Origin: Octopus sinensis
Lineage: Eukaryota
Direction: 5' to 3'
Assembly (NCBI RefSeq): GCF_006345805.1
Contig: NC_043009.1
Location: 27,652,001 to 27,716,000, forward strand
Length of the DNA stretch: 64,000 bases
The notes under the pieces were generated by a model. That model did not search any database. It was not told the origin of the DNA and saw only the letters and a list, made by a program, of their open reading frames with translations. The position numbers and the translations under genes were made by a program. Each line of letters starts with the position of its first letter. The first letter of the stretch is position 1. Below, one piece after another: positions 53,001-64,000 of the stretch.

Positions 53001-53856
53001 TGCAATTGAAAAAACTGTTTTGTTTATTTTTTTTTTAAACTACCCATTTTCATTTTCCAAACGCTTTGTTATTATATTTGAACTCAAATAATATTCACTA
53101 GAAAATTACTATTTACTTCCTTGTATTTATTTATTTATTGAATTTTGTTTCTCGATCTTTATTTATATATAATTTTACGGTTTATTTATATTGTATTTTT
53201 TTTTATTTTTTGCCAATTATTTTTATATATATATCTTTTTATTTATTTTTGCCCGTTATTGATTTTTTTTGAAAGAATCAATCAAATGTCTGAAATTGAA
53301 AATACAATTGAGTCATAGAACGGCTAATCAGCTTCTAAATTCCCAAAGTGTATATTTAGTTGTTATTAGTGATTTGAACACTAATTTCTTCCAATTACCT
53401 GATACAATCAGTGTAAAACACTACTACCTTTTATTACAGATACCAAAAAAAATACAAAAATCAAAAAATAAACAAACAAAAACACCCCTTCCTTTGCTTG
53501 TTTAACTAGTTTGGTGTCATGCCTGAGTATTCTCAGAAGGGGGAAGCCGAAACAGTGTAAAAACTGTTTTATTTGACAATAACTTTTTGTTGTCCATTTT
53601 CTGTTTGGTTCAAACAGTTACAATGCGAAATGGCTGGCCTAAATAGGTTAGAGTTTAAAGTAAATTAACAAGGTGTAAAATTTGTTTACAGGAACACCTA
53701 ACAAACAAATGAGCCTCGTTTAGTTAATAAAAGAAACAGAAAATAAAATGTGAACAACAACAAACAGCAACAATTGCAACCATAAAAATAGCAGTAACTA
53801 CAAACTAAGACAATAACTTTGCTTTTCTTTATCAGAAAGTTAAACAAAGAATTTGA

Positions 53857-54109
53857 AGTAAAGATTGCTTGCCAACAAAACAGGGCAGTCTTGGTTTAGG
53901 ATGAATGTTGCTGTAATTTAGCCCCAGGAGACATCGTCTTCAGCTGGCTATATGATACAATCTGTGTCCCTATATTTTTGAACAAGGGAATCTAGCACCC
54001 CCACTCAGCTCATAACAATATCTGTGTATCGCAATTTCCTGGGGCTAAATTACAGCAACATTCATCCTAAACCAGGACTGCCACGTTATGTTGACAAATA
54101 ATCTTTACT
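53857..54109. mobile_element. ~250-bp MITE with ~73-bp TIRs
   Basis: The 45-bp core gcagtcttggtttaggatgaatgttgctgtaatttagccccagga (53885-53929) is inverted at 54037-54081 with one mismatch; the outer arms extend imperfectly to agtaaagat/atctttact. Confidence 0.8.
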
Positions 54110-56874
54110 ACAAAATACTGTTGCTGAATATCTTACATTGTGATATTTAAAAATAGTAATTTTCCAAAGAATTTGAAATTAATAGGTTTAATGGTTAAGT
54201 CTTGAATTCATGTGGTCTATTGGGAAAAGCAAAAGAGATGATATTTCTGTGGGATTCCACTTTGGGGAGGAAGGATAAAACTCACTGTTCAGTATGTGAT
54301 TAGTGGGAGAGAGACATAAGAGGTGTAAATGGAAGATGTCAAGTGGAAGGATCTGCTGGCTGGTAGAGATAAGTTCAGATTAACAGAAGCAGAAGTAGGT
54401 TTGTAGTAGTTTTGGGGTAGTTTTGTAGTAGTTTCGGTAGAAGTAGGAGAGAGAAGAAAAGAATATGCTGGTTGGTCACTGAGTAAGTCTTTGTCAAACA
54501 AAATACAAGGACTGGAGAAACCTGAATGACATAACAGATCAACTTAAAGAAATGGGTAAGAACAACATTCATCCAGATAAACATGATATTTCTATTGATA
54601 ATGTTTGGGCAACAAAGATGCATAGAGTAGGGAGTGTTTATTCCATACAAATCCCTAGCATTCCCTTTTAGAAGTATGCTAGAATATAGAGTGTGTAACT
54701 GGGACGTCAGATGTGGATTAGAGATGAAATAGAGATTTGTGTATCTGGAAAGAATAAGGTCAGAATAACCTTTTATTTCTTAAAAACCATCCTCGTTGTT
54801 GTTATAATTATGATTATTACATTAAATATTCTTTTTCTTTTTTTTTTTTTTGCTTTTATTGAAATTATTGGAGACTTGCTTTGACTCGAATTTTCATTTT
54901 TGAAAGCACATAATTTATAATTGAAATTATTTCGTGATAAAAGAGCTTTATTAGCTGATTAGAAAGTCAGAGTTGATTTCTATATAGAAGTAGCGATAAA
55001 TGAGGTTGGAATGCTGGAGATCTCAATTCAGTTTATATTGGTTACAATATTTATTCAACTGGAACAATTTATTCTGCTATTGCATGTAAAGGTACACTTA
55101 ATCAATTGTCTGTTGATTCAGTTAAATCACAAACTATTCTATTTAAAAAAATAAATAATCTGAACTCAATTATAAAAGGAACCAACATATTGAAATCGAT
55201 CTGGGGCAAGAATTCTGTTTTAGATAGACTCCATGGGAAATTCCATCATCATTACAGAGGAGATGCTAAGTGAGTGTAATCATGGAAGCAATGGCTTTGA
55301 TAAAGGATTCTTTGAAGTTTGTTTACCTCTGTAGATGAAATTATTTCAAAAGTGAAAATAGTGGTCTGAAATAAATGTCTTTGATTAGTATAATTTTAAA
55401 TTTAGCATCAAAGGTTCAAATTGAAAGTTAATTCTTCTTTGGCATCAGTTAGTCTAGTGGTACAATGGGTTGTACACTGCTGGTCAGTAACTAAGTGATT
55501 GCTCCAGAATGCAAGCCTAGGCTGGATGTATGGAAAGTTTGGTTTATCTAGACAAGAGAATTCTCCTCTTGGCCTTCCTGGTGTAGTTTAAAGGCACACA
55601 GAGTTTGTGTTAATGAAATAGTACGAAATCAAAAAGCCAGACTGTTTTAGAGGCTCCGCTCCAGATTTATTGCAAGATTTACTTCTTAGATTTTTCTCTT
55701 GTGAAGCAATGCAAATTTTTACCCATAGACAGAAACATATAACCCTGGGCAAGGGACATACACTATTTACCGTCAGTGAGAGCCAGTTGAACAGTGGCTC
55801 ATCTCAGGCAGATTGATCCTACTGTGAAGCAGCTATTGAAGTCACTATCTACTATCCAGGAAAGTCAACTACCACTTAACCTTAAGTAAGCAGAATATCA
55901 ATTATAGCTTCCAAATATAAATTAACATATCATAATAGTTTATTATGAAACAGACAAATCCTGTTCTTTATAACTTATTTAAAGAATTTATTAATCACTT
56001 CTCAGTTAGACATTCCTTCATGGCAAAGTGCCTGATTAATCTCATTGATCGATGAATGATATAATGATTTACAGACCACAGTTCAAATGTTATTCAAGTT
56101 GACTTAAAATGTCATATTAAAGCAGTTTATAATTAATGTAATTTCTGGTCATATGCTGGAATAAATGGCCAATAACTAAATGATGTCCTACTTACTAATG
56201 TAAGTCGACAGTGGTTCATTCATGTGACAAAGATAGACAAAAGTAGAGATAGGAAGAAGTGGTGAAGAAGCCATCTGAGAATGCTGGGTTTCATGGAACA
56301 AAATGACAAAAGACTGAAATGAATGAAAGCCAACCAACACCAACACAGAATATCAAAGAGGAGAAGTTTCATTGTGAAGGCAATGATGACAAGGAAAGCA
56401 ATTGCAGATGACGATACTTATCTTGAGTAGAACGAGTCAAACTACACTATCTGTCTATCTGTCTGTCTGTCGGTCTGTCAGTTTGTCTGTCAGCCTATCT
56501 ATCTATCCCTCCTCCTCCTCCTCCTCCTCATCATCATCATCATAGGAACATCCACTTTTCATACCTGCATGAAAGTGAAGAGAGTTTCTTAATGCAGAAT
56601 TTCTATGGCTGGATACCGTTCCTGTAACCAACTCTTAGTTGTCTCCAAGATAATATCCCCCCATCATCAGACATGTTTCAACAGAGTATTGGAAATAAAC
56701 AACACTCATTTACAAGAATCTCACAATGTCAAGATATCGATTCTCTGTTGAAGAATTTCTAATAGGAGGTATCTTACATGTTTCTCCTTTGTAACTCCTA
56801 TTAGCAAATGAAACACATGTAATGGTGCACACATAATATCAAAACTATTTTCCAATTGCCTGTTCATATATATA

Positions 56875-56927
<53 letters not shown>

Positions 56928-57867
56928 ATAATATATATATATATACACACATACATATGTACATACATGGACATAAATATATATATATATATATATATGT
57001 ATATATCTATATTTATATATACATTCATACACATATATGTGTGTGTGTATTTCTGATGGCATCTTACATATCTACCACTGTTACACTCCTCTCTCTCTCT
57101 CTCTCTCTCTCTTTATATATATATATATATATTATATATATATATTTGTATATATATATATATATGTATGTATATATGTATCTATGTATGTATGTATGTA
57201 TATATGTATATCATCGTAATAATCAGCAATCTGAAATATTTAGATATCATATTCATATATCATATTCATGATATCTGCATACATCAATTACTTCTATTTC
57301 ATATTCTATAGCTGAATCATGAATATAAGCTTCTTATTGTACACCTGTACAACACACTTACTAGCTGGATAAAAAAATAAAGGACACTAAGATTTCCAGT
57401 ACAGCATATTTCCAACAATTAAACATAAAGTTAAAATAATAATAATAAAATATATAAAAAGAATCCCCAAACCAAATTTCAAATGCTTTTATATTCATCT
57501 TGTGCTTTTTTTCTTTTTTAATTAAGATTATCTGATCCCACAAGTCTTTTCATGTGTGATTATATGCTGGCAGCTAAGATGAAAAACTAAATCAAAATTG
57601 CACTAAGCAGCCAGCCTCGTTTTCATATCTGAACAGTATTACCCTATATTTTCTAAGCAATGGTGAAACTATCAGCTATGAACTCTACAAAACTAGACAT
57701 TGATTTTGCATGAAGTTCTAGGTTATTGCTGAAAAAACCCCTGTCAACTTCATGTAGTTTGTTTGATAGATAGATAACTGCAGAAGATTATACAATATGT
57801 TAGAATATTTTACAGTTTTAATAATGACTTTTGATAGCAGAATATACACAAGTCTGTTTTGTCTTTA

Positions 57868-58204
57868 TTTTAGTCAAAGAATTTGACCCCAGGACTTATT
57901 CTTTGTAAGCCTACAACTTAATCTATCGGCTGCTTTTGCCGAACCACTAAAAACACCAGCATCGGTTGTCAAGTAATGGTAGGGGAACAGAGACACATAC
58001 ACATAAATACATACATACATATATATATATATATAAATACACAATGGGGTTCTTTCAGTTTCCATCTACCAAATCCATGCACAAGGCTTTAGTCAGCCTG
58101 AGGCTATAGTAGAAGAAACTTACCCAAGGTACCACACAGCGGGACGGAACCTGGAACCATGTGGTTGGGAAGCAACTTCTTACCACACAGCCATCCTGCA
58201 CCTA
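57868..58204 (-). mobile_element. Family A SINE
   Basis: gaccccaggacttattctttgtaagcc...gaacctggaaccatgtggttgggaagcaacttcttaccacacagcc. Confidence 0.9.
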
Positions 58205-58277
58205 TATCTGATTTGGACCACCAAGAGCTGCAGATAAGTTCTGATCTTTGTGGATCTTAAAATATCTTATATATATT

Positions 58278-58310
<33 letters not shown>

Positions 58311-59097
58311 TATAATAGGCTTCTTTCTGCTCAACAAATTCACTCTTATGGTTTTGGTCAGCCTCAGGCTACAAAAGATGACATTTTCTCAAGGGGCCAC
58401 ACAATGTGATTGAACCCAAAACCACATGCTTGAGAAGCAAACTTCTTAACCACACACCTTCCTCTGTTCCCATGAAATATGGAAAATATTTGGCAAGAAA
58501 TTGTTTGCAGTATAAAATAAATGAGAGAATTAAACTAATTTTTAAATTCTAATTTTTATTATATTTCAGATGAGAGAAACAAATATTTCACACTGGTTTT
58601 TATTAGAATTTTAAAAAAGAAGTGGAAATTAAATTTCTATAGTTACTTCCTCTGTAACTAAAACCTATGAATATTCTATAAAGCTTAATTGCTATGATAT
58701 TGGACCAAATGTATTTCATTTGCCATGTAGAGCTTATTAAAAATTCAGGTGTCATTAGATTTGCTAATAACAATTTTATACATTAAACATAGAATAATTG
58801 CTTGTATTATACAAACTTTTATTTGAGAGCAATGGTTTGTGTTAATATAATTTTGTTGTTGAGATTTTAATAGCAGCAGACGGAGTTATTTCAGCCTGTT
58901 TGACACCAGCCTGCCTGAGATCAACCCTGGTTCTTTGAAACAAACTTACTATTCCAAAGTGATTTACATTAAAAGTTTCCATCAAAATTTTATGTTAGAT
59001 TATGTTGCAAACACCAGATTAATAACGACAAAGTTATTTTACAAAATTCTTCGTTTATTTTCAAAATCTATTGAAACAAAGGCAATGTATACCAAGA

Positions 59098-59600
59098 GAA
59101 ATCATCATCATCATCCTCATCATCACCATCATTTAACATCCATTTTCCATGCTGGCATGGGTCGGATGGTTTGACAGGAGCTGCATCAGGCTCTGATTTT
59201 CAGTTTTGGCCTGGTTTCTTATTTCTTTATTGCCCACAAGGGGCTAAACATAGAGGGGAACAAACAAGGTCAGACAAAGGGATTAAGTCGACTACATCGA
59301 CCCCAGTGCATAACTGGTACTTAATTTATTGACCCCGAAAAGATGAAAGGCAAAGTCAACCTTGGCGGAATTTGAACTCAGAACATAAAGACAGACGAAA
59401 TACCACTAAGCATTTCGCCCAGCATTGCTAACGTTTCTGCCAGCTCGCCACCTTGGCCTGGTTTCTATGATGGGATGCCCTTCCTAACACCAACCACTTT
59501 ACAGAGTGGCCTGCATGATTTTGTACATGGCACCAGCACTGCTTCATACCAGAATGGATGCTTTTTACATGCTACCAGTACATGTGCATTCAACATGGTA
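59098..59600 (-). mobile_element. RTE-tailed element hosting a nested SINE
   Basis: (CAT)n tail, ccattttccatgctggcatggg, resuming after 59466 with gggatgcccttcctaacaccaaccactttacagag. Confidence 0.8.
59220..59452 (-). mobile_element. Full-length young Nin/Deu-domain SINE with 14-bp TSD
   Basis: ttggcctggtttct duplicated at 59206-59219 and 59453-59466; intact head (minus) ggtggcgagctggcagaaacgttagc and core gcctttcatctttcggggtcaataaattaagtaccag. Confidence 0.92.
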
Positions 59601-62189
59601 CCATCATAGGAAATATGGTATAGAAAGTGTTAAATTAGTGGGTGGAGATTTTACTGGAAATAATTGAGTTTGATTGTGAATTAGTGGGGGGTTTCTTTTG
59701 GCAGGTGTGATTATGAAAGACCACTTATTGGTGAAAAGATAAGAATTTCTTTTCTCAGCTAGTGTTGGCATTGACATCAATGGTTGAGTATCCATCAGTA
59801 ATTTAGTCAACAACAGGTAAGATTACTTTTAGCAGTCTACAAAGTTACTTTAAACTTGTTCCACATTTTTATAGTATAATGGCTAATAATTTGAGCAGAT
59901 TATAAAATTAAATTTGTTTCATTTTCTTAAACTAAAAACAGAATTAATATACATATGCATATTATTAACAGACAATGATATACAAATAATAGAAGAAATA
60001 TTTTTTTCCATTTTAATCTCTTTTTCTAGGCTCGATTAGATACAATTGTGTACATAGTAACACATATTTCTACATGTTACACTGTCTAGAATGTGAAGAA
60101 GTGGGAATATTGACTACGAGGTCATAAGTTGAAAAGAAAACATCATAGGCATTGTGGTGTTCACCTGACAAAGCACAAAACCTCAGCTTACTGCATTTTA
60201 CTTGATTGACAAAAAAAAACAAAAAACAAGAAACAAGTTGCAACACTCCCATTTTAGAGTTAGCAGTAGGACATGAAGCACTAAAAATAATTACTCCAAC
60301 AAAACCCATCCTTTACCTCCATGCAAGCTCAAACTTGGAAAAGTAAAAAAAAAAATGGCAGTAAAATAGTAAACTGACTCACTTATGGCAGGTTTATGTT
60401 TTATGACTGGTAGTAATGTTATTCAGCTGCAATCACTGTGAGGTTTCAGATGAAGAGATGGGGTTGGAAGGGGGTAGGTGGGAGGAGTAATAAGACTGTG
60501 TTATAGCAATGCTTTTGTCAGGAGAATTAATGATGTATGCGGAACTGCTAGAAGCGAGAATTAAAACCATCTTGTAGATCTGATTCTCATGACATTTTGC
60601 AACATTTACGAAAAAGTCATAATTTCAGGATTGATACCTAATTTCCAAGTAAGCCAGTTGAATGACAGAAACCTCATATCTTACGACAGATTTTTTTGAA
60701 AAATCTCTTTACAATTAGGGTAGGTATCTTCGTTAATCACCTGTTGCACTTTCAGGTATTACTTCTAACACTAACAATGTAATGAGTTGGTAGAGTTGTT
60801 GAAGTAATGTCTCACTTTAATTTCATCTGCCTCTCTTCTATCTGAGTTCAAATCCTGCCATGATAAATTTTGTCTTTTATCCATCCAAGGTTGATCAATA
60901 AAGTTAGATTTGGAAATTAATTCTTTTTCTTCATCTTTAGTTCACTTGGAATTGGTTACATTGTTTGAAGGAGAGTGGAGGCCCACTTCCAGCACCTTTT
61001 TCTTCAGAAATGGTGAAAGGTTAAATACAAAGTCACCTCTCATAGAACAATTTATATATGATTGGAAACTGGCCAAAAGCAGACATCATGGGGCAGACTG
61101 TAGTCTCTACTGTTCCTTACAATAAATTCTTTTAATCCTTGTTGATTTTACATTTATTCCGAACTGAGAGATATGATTTCAATTCCCACGAGAATCCTTT
61201 TTATTTTTCGCAGGTTATTTATACTCATGAGAAAAATTGAAACACCCACACTTCCAGTTTCTTTATTCCTAAAATCTCAGTAATTTAAAATTCTTGCTTA
61301 ATGGCTCTAAATCATTGCAGTTACAAGCTTAAGCAATTATAACAGAGTAGTTGAAATAAATTGTATGTTAGCATATTTAATACGGATGGTTTATATTTAA
61401 TATGGATGGTTTATATGCTGGTTTTGCTTCTTGGAAACTTCTTGTTTATTATTTCGATAAGGTTAACTAAAATCGTTAACTTCAGCACTTAAAATTTATT
61501 TCCTGAAACCAGAGAAGTATCTGATTCTTTCAAAATTTAATATCTCAATATACTTTGCTTAGTCATCCATTCCAAGTTATATAGTATTAACATTTCTCTC
61601 TGTTTATTTTGAACAGTAAGAGAGAAGAAAAAAAACATAATGAATAACAGAAAAAAACAAAAAACAATCTACATCAATATATCTATATGGAAAATGGAAT
61701 GAAGACATTAGAAGCCAGAATTTATTTTATATTTTAGAGTTGTTGAAGAAACCAATGTATCAAAAAAAAAAAAAAGAAGAAAAAAGATTTAAAATGTTTT
61801 TGAAATCTGTCTGGAAGAAATTATAGGCTATTTTTATTTCATTCCAAGATGACAAGAATCATTGTTTGAAATATTTGAAGATAGTTATCGATTCCACAAC
61901 TGTATACATATTATACTGTTTCTTCCCTTCTCTTTTCTGCCACAACTACAACAAGAACCTCTGTTCCCTTAAACGAACAAGCTGTATATTTTATCACCAA
62001 AACCAATCAGTCTGAGACACCAATTCGTTCCTTTGTGTGTCATCTCAAGGGTATTGAATGCCCCAGATGCAAATTATATTTTCACACTGCCCAACAAAAC
62101 GAAACAAAGGATTATATTTTTTAATTAATTCGTTGAAGAAGGAAGGCTGAGAAAATATAATTTAGACCCCTTACATTGTCTTTTATTCA

Positions 62190-62552
62190 TTTACCTGTCT
62201 TAGTCATTAGACTGCACCTGTGTTGGGACACCACCTTGAAGAATTTCAGTTGAATGAAGTGAACCCCTGGGATTTATTTTATCAGTGTCTTCTGCTGGAC
62301 TGCTAAGTTACAGGAACATATCATCACCAGTTGTCAAGAGGTGACGGAGGACAAACACAAAGATACACACACAGATATATATTTATAAATATAATGAGCT
62401 TCTTCCAGTTTCTGTCTGCCAAATCCACTCATAAGGCTTTGGTTAACCCAAGGCTATAATAAAAGAAACTTGTCCAAGGTGTCATGCAGTGAGACTGAAC
62501 CTGGAACTATTTGGTTTGGCAATAAGCTTCTTACCACACAACCATGCCTGCA
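62190..62552 (-). mobile_element. Family A SINE, degenerate
   Basis: cttagtcattagactgcacc...ccaaatccactcataaggctttgg...cttcttaccacacaacc. Confidence 0.85.
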
Positions 62553-62654
62553 CTTATATAATTGTGCTTATAGTTTGGATAACTTATTTATTCATTTAAC
62601 ATCCAGTTTTGAATGCTAGCTTGGCTAAGACAGGAAATTGATTTTACAAGATTA

Positions 62655-62706
62655 TACTAACAGATACTTTTCATGTCACAATCCTTTCCTGGTTTTACAG
62701 GTAAGC
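62655..62706 (+). promoter_or_regulatory. Branch point, polypyrimidine tract and CAG|GTAAG: recursive-splice-site-like element (or a 37-nt exon 62664-62700)
   Basis: TACTAAC at 62655-62661, no AG between 62664 and 62698, then ttttaCAG|GTAAGC. Confidence 0.4.
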
Positions 62707-62823
62707 TATTTCTATATTCCATAAGTATTTGAAAAGACAAAGAAAATAGACATTATGTCAAAAAAGGTCACCAACATTAGCATTACCATGCTTATAAAGA
62801 GACAAGCAAGACACCAAAATCCA

Positions 62824-62855
<32 letters not shown>

Positions 62856-63119
62856 TGGGCTTCACATAGTTTCCATTAGCTAAATGCTTTCACAAGGCTT
62901 TGGTTGATTTGGAGTGATAGAAGAAGATACTCAAGGTGCCTCACTATGGGATTGAACCCAAAACAATACAGTTGCAATATGGACTTCTTAACTATACAGC
63001 AATGGCTATAAAGTTTGGACATTGGTGTTTGTATATTTTGGATGATGTATATACACACCTTGAAGAATGTATACATAATTAATGCTCTCATATATATACA
63101 TATTGGTGTCATACAAATG

Positions 63120-63305
63120 GCACCCATGATGGTGGCACATAAAAGCAACCATTACTCTCTCAGAGTGTTGGAAGAGCATCCAGCTGTAGAAACCATGTCA
63201 AATCAGACTGGAGTCTGGTACAGCCTTCCAGCTTGCCAGCCCTGGTCAAACTGTCCAACCAATGCCAGCATGGACAATGGACATTAAATGATGATGATGA
63301 TGATG
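63120..63305 (+). mobile_element. RTE-type 3' end with (GAT)n tail
   Basis: gagcatccagctgtagaaacc...ccagcatggacaatggacattaaatgatgatgatg. Confidence 0.8.
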
Positions 63306-63387
63306 ATATTATATAATCTGGACATTGTGCATGTATATTTTGGAAAGTGATAGATGTATGTGTAATTTGTACTATACATATATATAT

Positions 63388-63446
<59 letters not shown>

Positions 63447-63616
63447 CAACTGTCCAACCCTGCCAACATGGAAAATGGACGTTAAATGATGATGATGATG
63501 ATGCCTATGGTGACATATCATCTGGGCAGGGAATAGATATAATTTGGGCAACATGTATGTATATCTTGGACATCATATATACACAAGTAGAAGAAAGTAT
63601 TTATAATTTGTGCTCT

Positions 63617-63660
<44 letters not shown>

Positions 63661-63685
63661 CATGTAATACATATATGATATACAC

Positions 63686-63717
<32 letters not shown>

Positions 63718-63796
63718 GCATATGTATATATATGCATATGTATATAACATATATATATACGTATTTGAGGATGACTCCCCTTCACAAATACTGAGA

Positions 63797-63875
63797 GGAC
63801 ACAGATAGTGTGTCTATTGCCAGCTGGAGGAGATATCTTCCTGGGGCTACAAACTACAGTAGTATCCACCCTTAG
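63797..63875. mobile_element. Degenerate partial copy of the 53857-54109 MITE
   Basis: gacacagat...gccagctggaggagatatcttcctggggcta matches the reverse complement of ~53905-53970. Confidence 0.55.
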
Positions 63876-64000
63876 GGGTTAGCCATATTCAAATGGCAAA
63901 TATGCGTCACGATATATATATAATTTGGACATTTTGTATATACATCATTTGGTTAGTGTGTTTAGATTATTCTCAAAGTGGGTACTTGTGGTCATTATGT

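Noticed and set aside
53520-53560. Second hammerhead-like string ctcagaagggggaagccgaaacag
   Set aside because: No CUGANGA core and no convincing stem I or II pairing.
56140-56270. RTE-like motif RQWFIHVTKIDKSR
   Set aside because: Resembles RWFGHV.RM, but spacing to upstream motifs is wrong and there is no RT signature or tail; too decayed to call.

Overview
AT-rich, microsatellite-saturated eukaryotic DNA. The SINE families and repeat landscape point to a coleoid cephalopod, most likely Octopus (inference from recognised repeat types, not a database hit). I recognise no complete protein-coding gene, rRNA, true tRNA or CRISPR array, and almost all ORFs in the supplied track are translations of (TA)n/(CA)n/(CATA)n/(ATT)n/(GAT)n repeats. 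Retroelements: many tRNA-derived SINEs (a family with an internal microsatellite, a Nin/Deu-domain family with ATT tails, Meta/V-domain types), RTE-type 3' ends with (GAT)n tails, a tandemly duplicated 3' fragment of a restriction-like-endonuclease (RLE) non-LTR retrotransposon, and a probable Penelope-like terminal fragment carrying a degenerate hammerhead-like motif. DNA transposons: a decayed mariner with TIRs, an internally deleted Tc1 with an intact DNA-binding ORF, a mariner-derived 554-bp foldback, a near-perfect ~435-bp GAG...CTC palindromic element, piggyBac-like and other MITEs, and a Helentron/HINE-type element. Between the repeats lie several strong + strand splice-signal pairs (22-103 nt candidate exons), a textbook recursive-splice-site-like sequence at 62655-62706 and a same-strand cluster of CAGGTA motifs at 2.8-3.3 kb. 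These suggest the window may lie in giant introns of a + strand transcript; this is unverified. SINE boundaries are read by eye and approximate.
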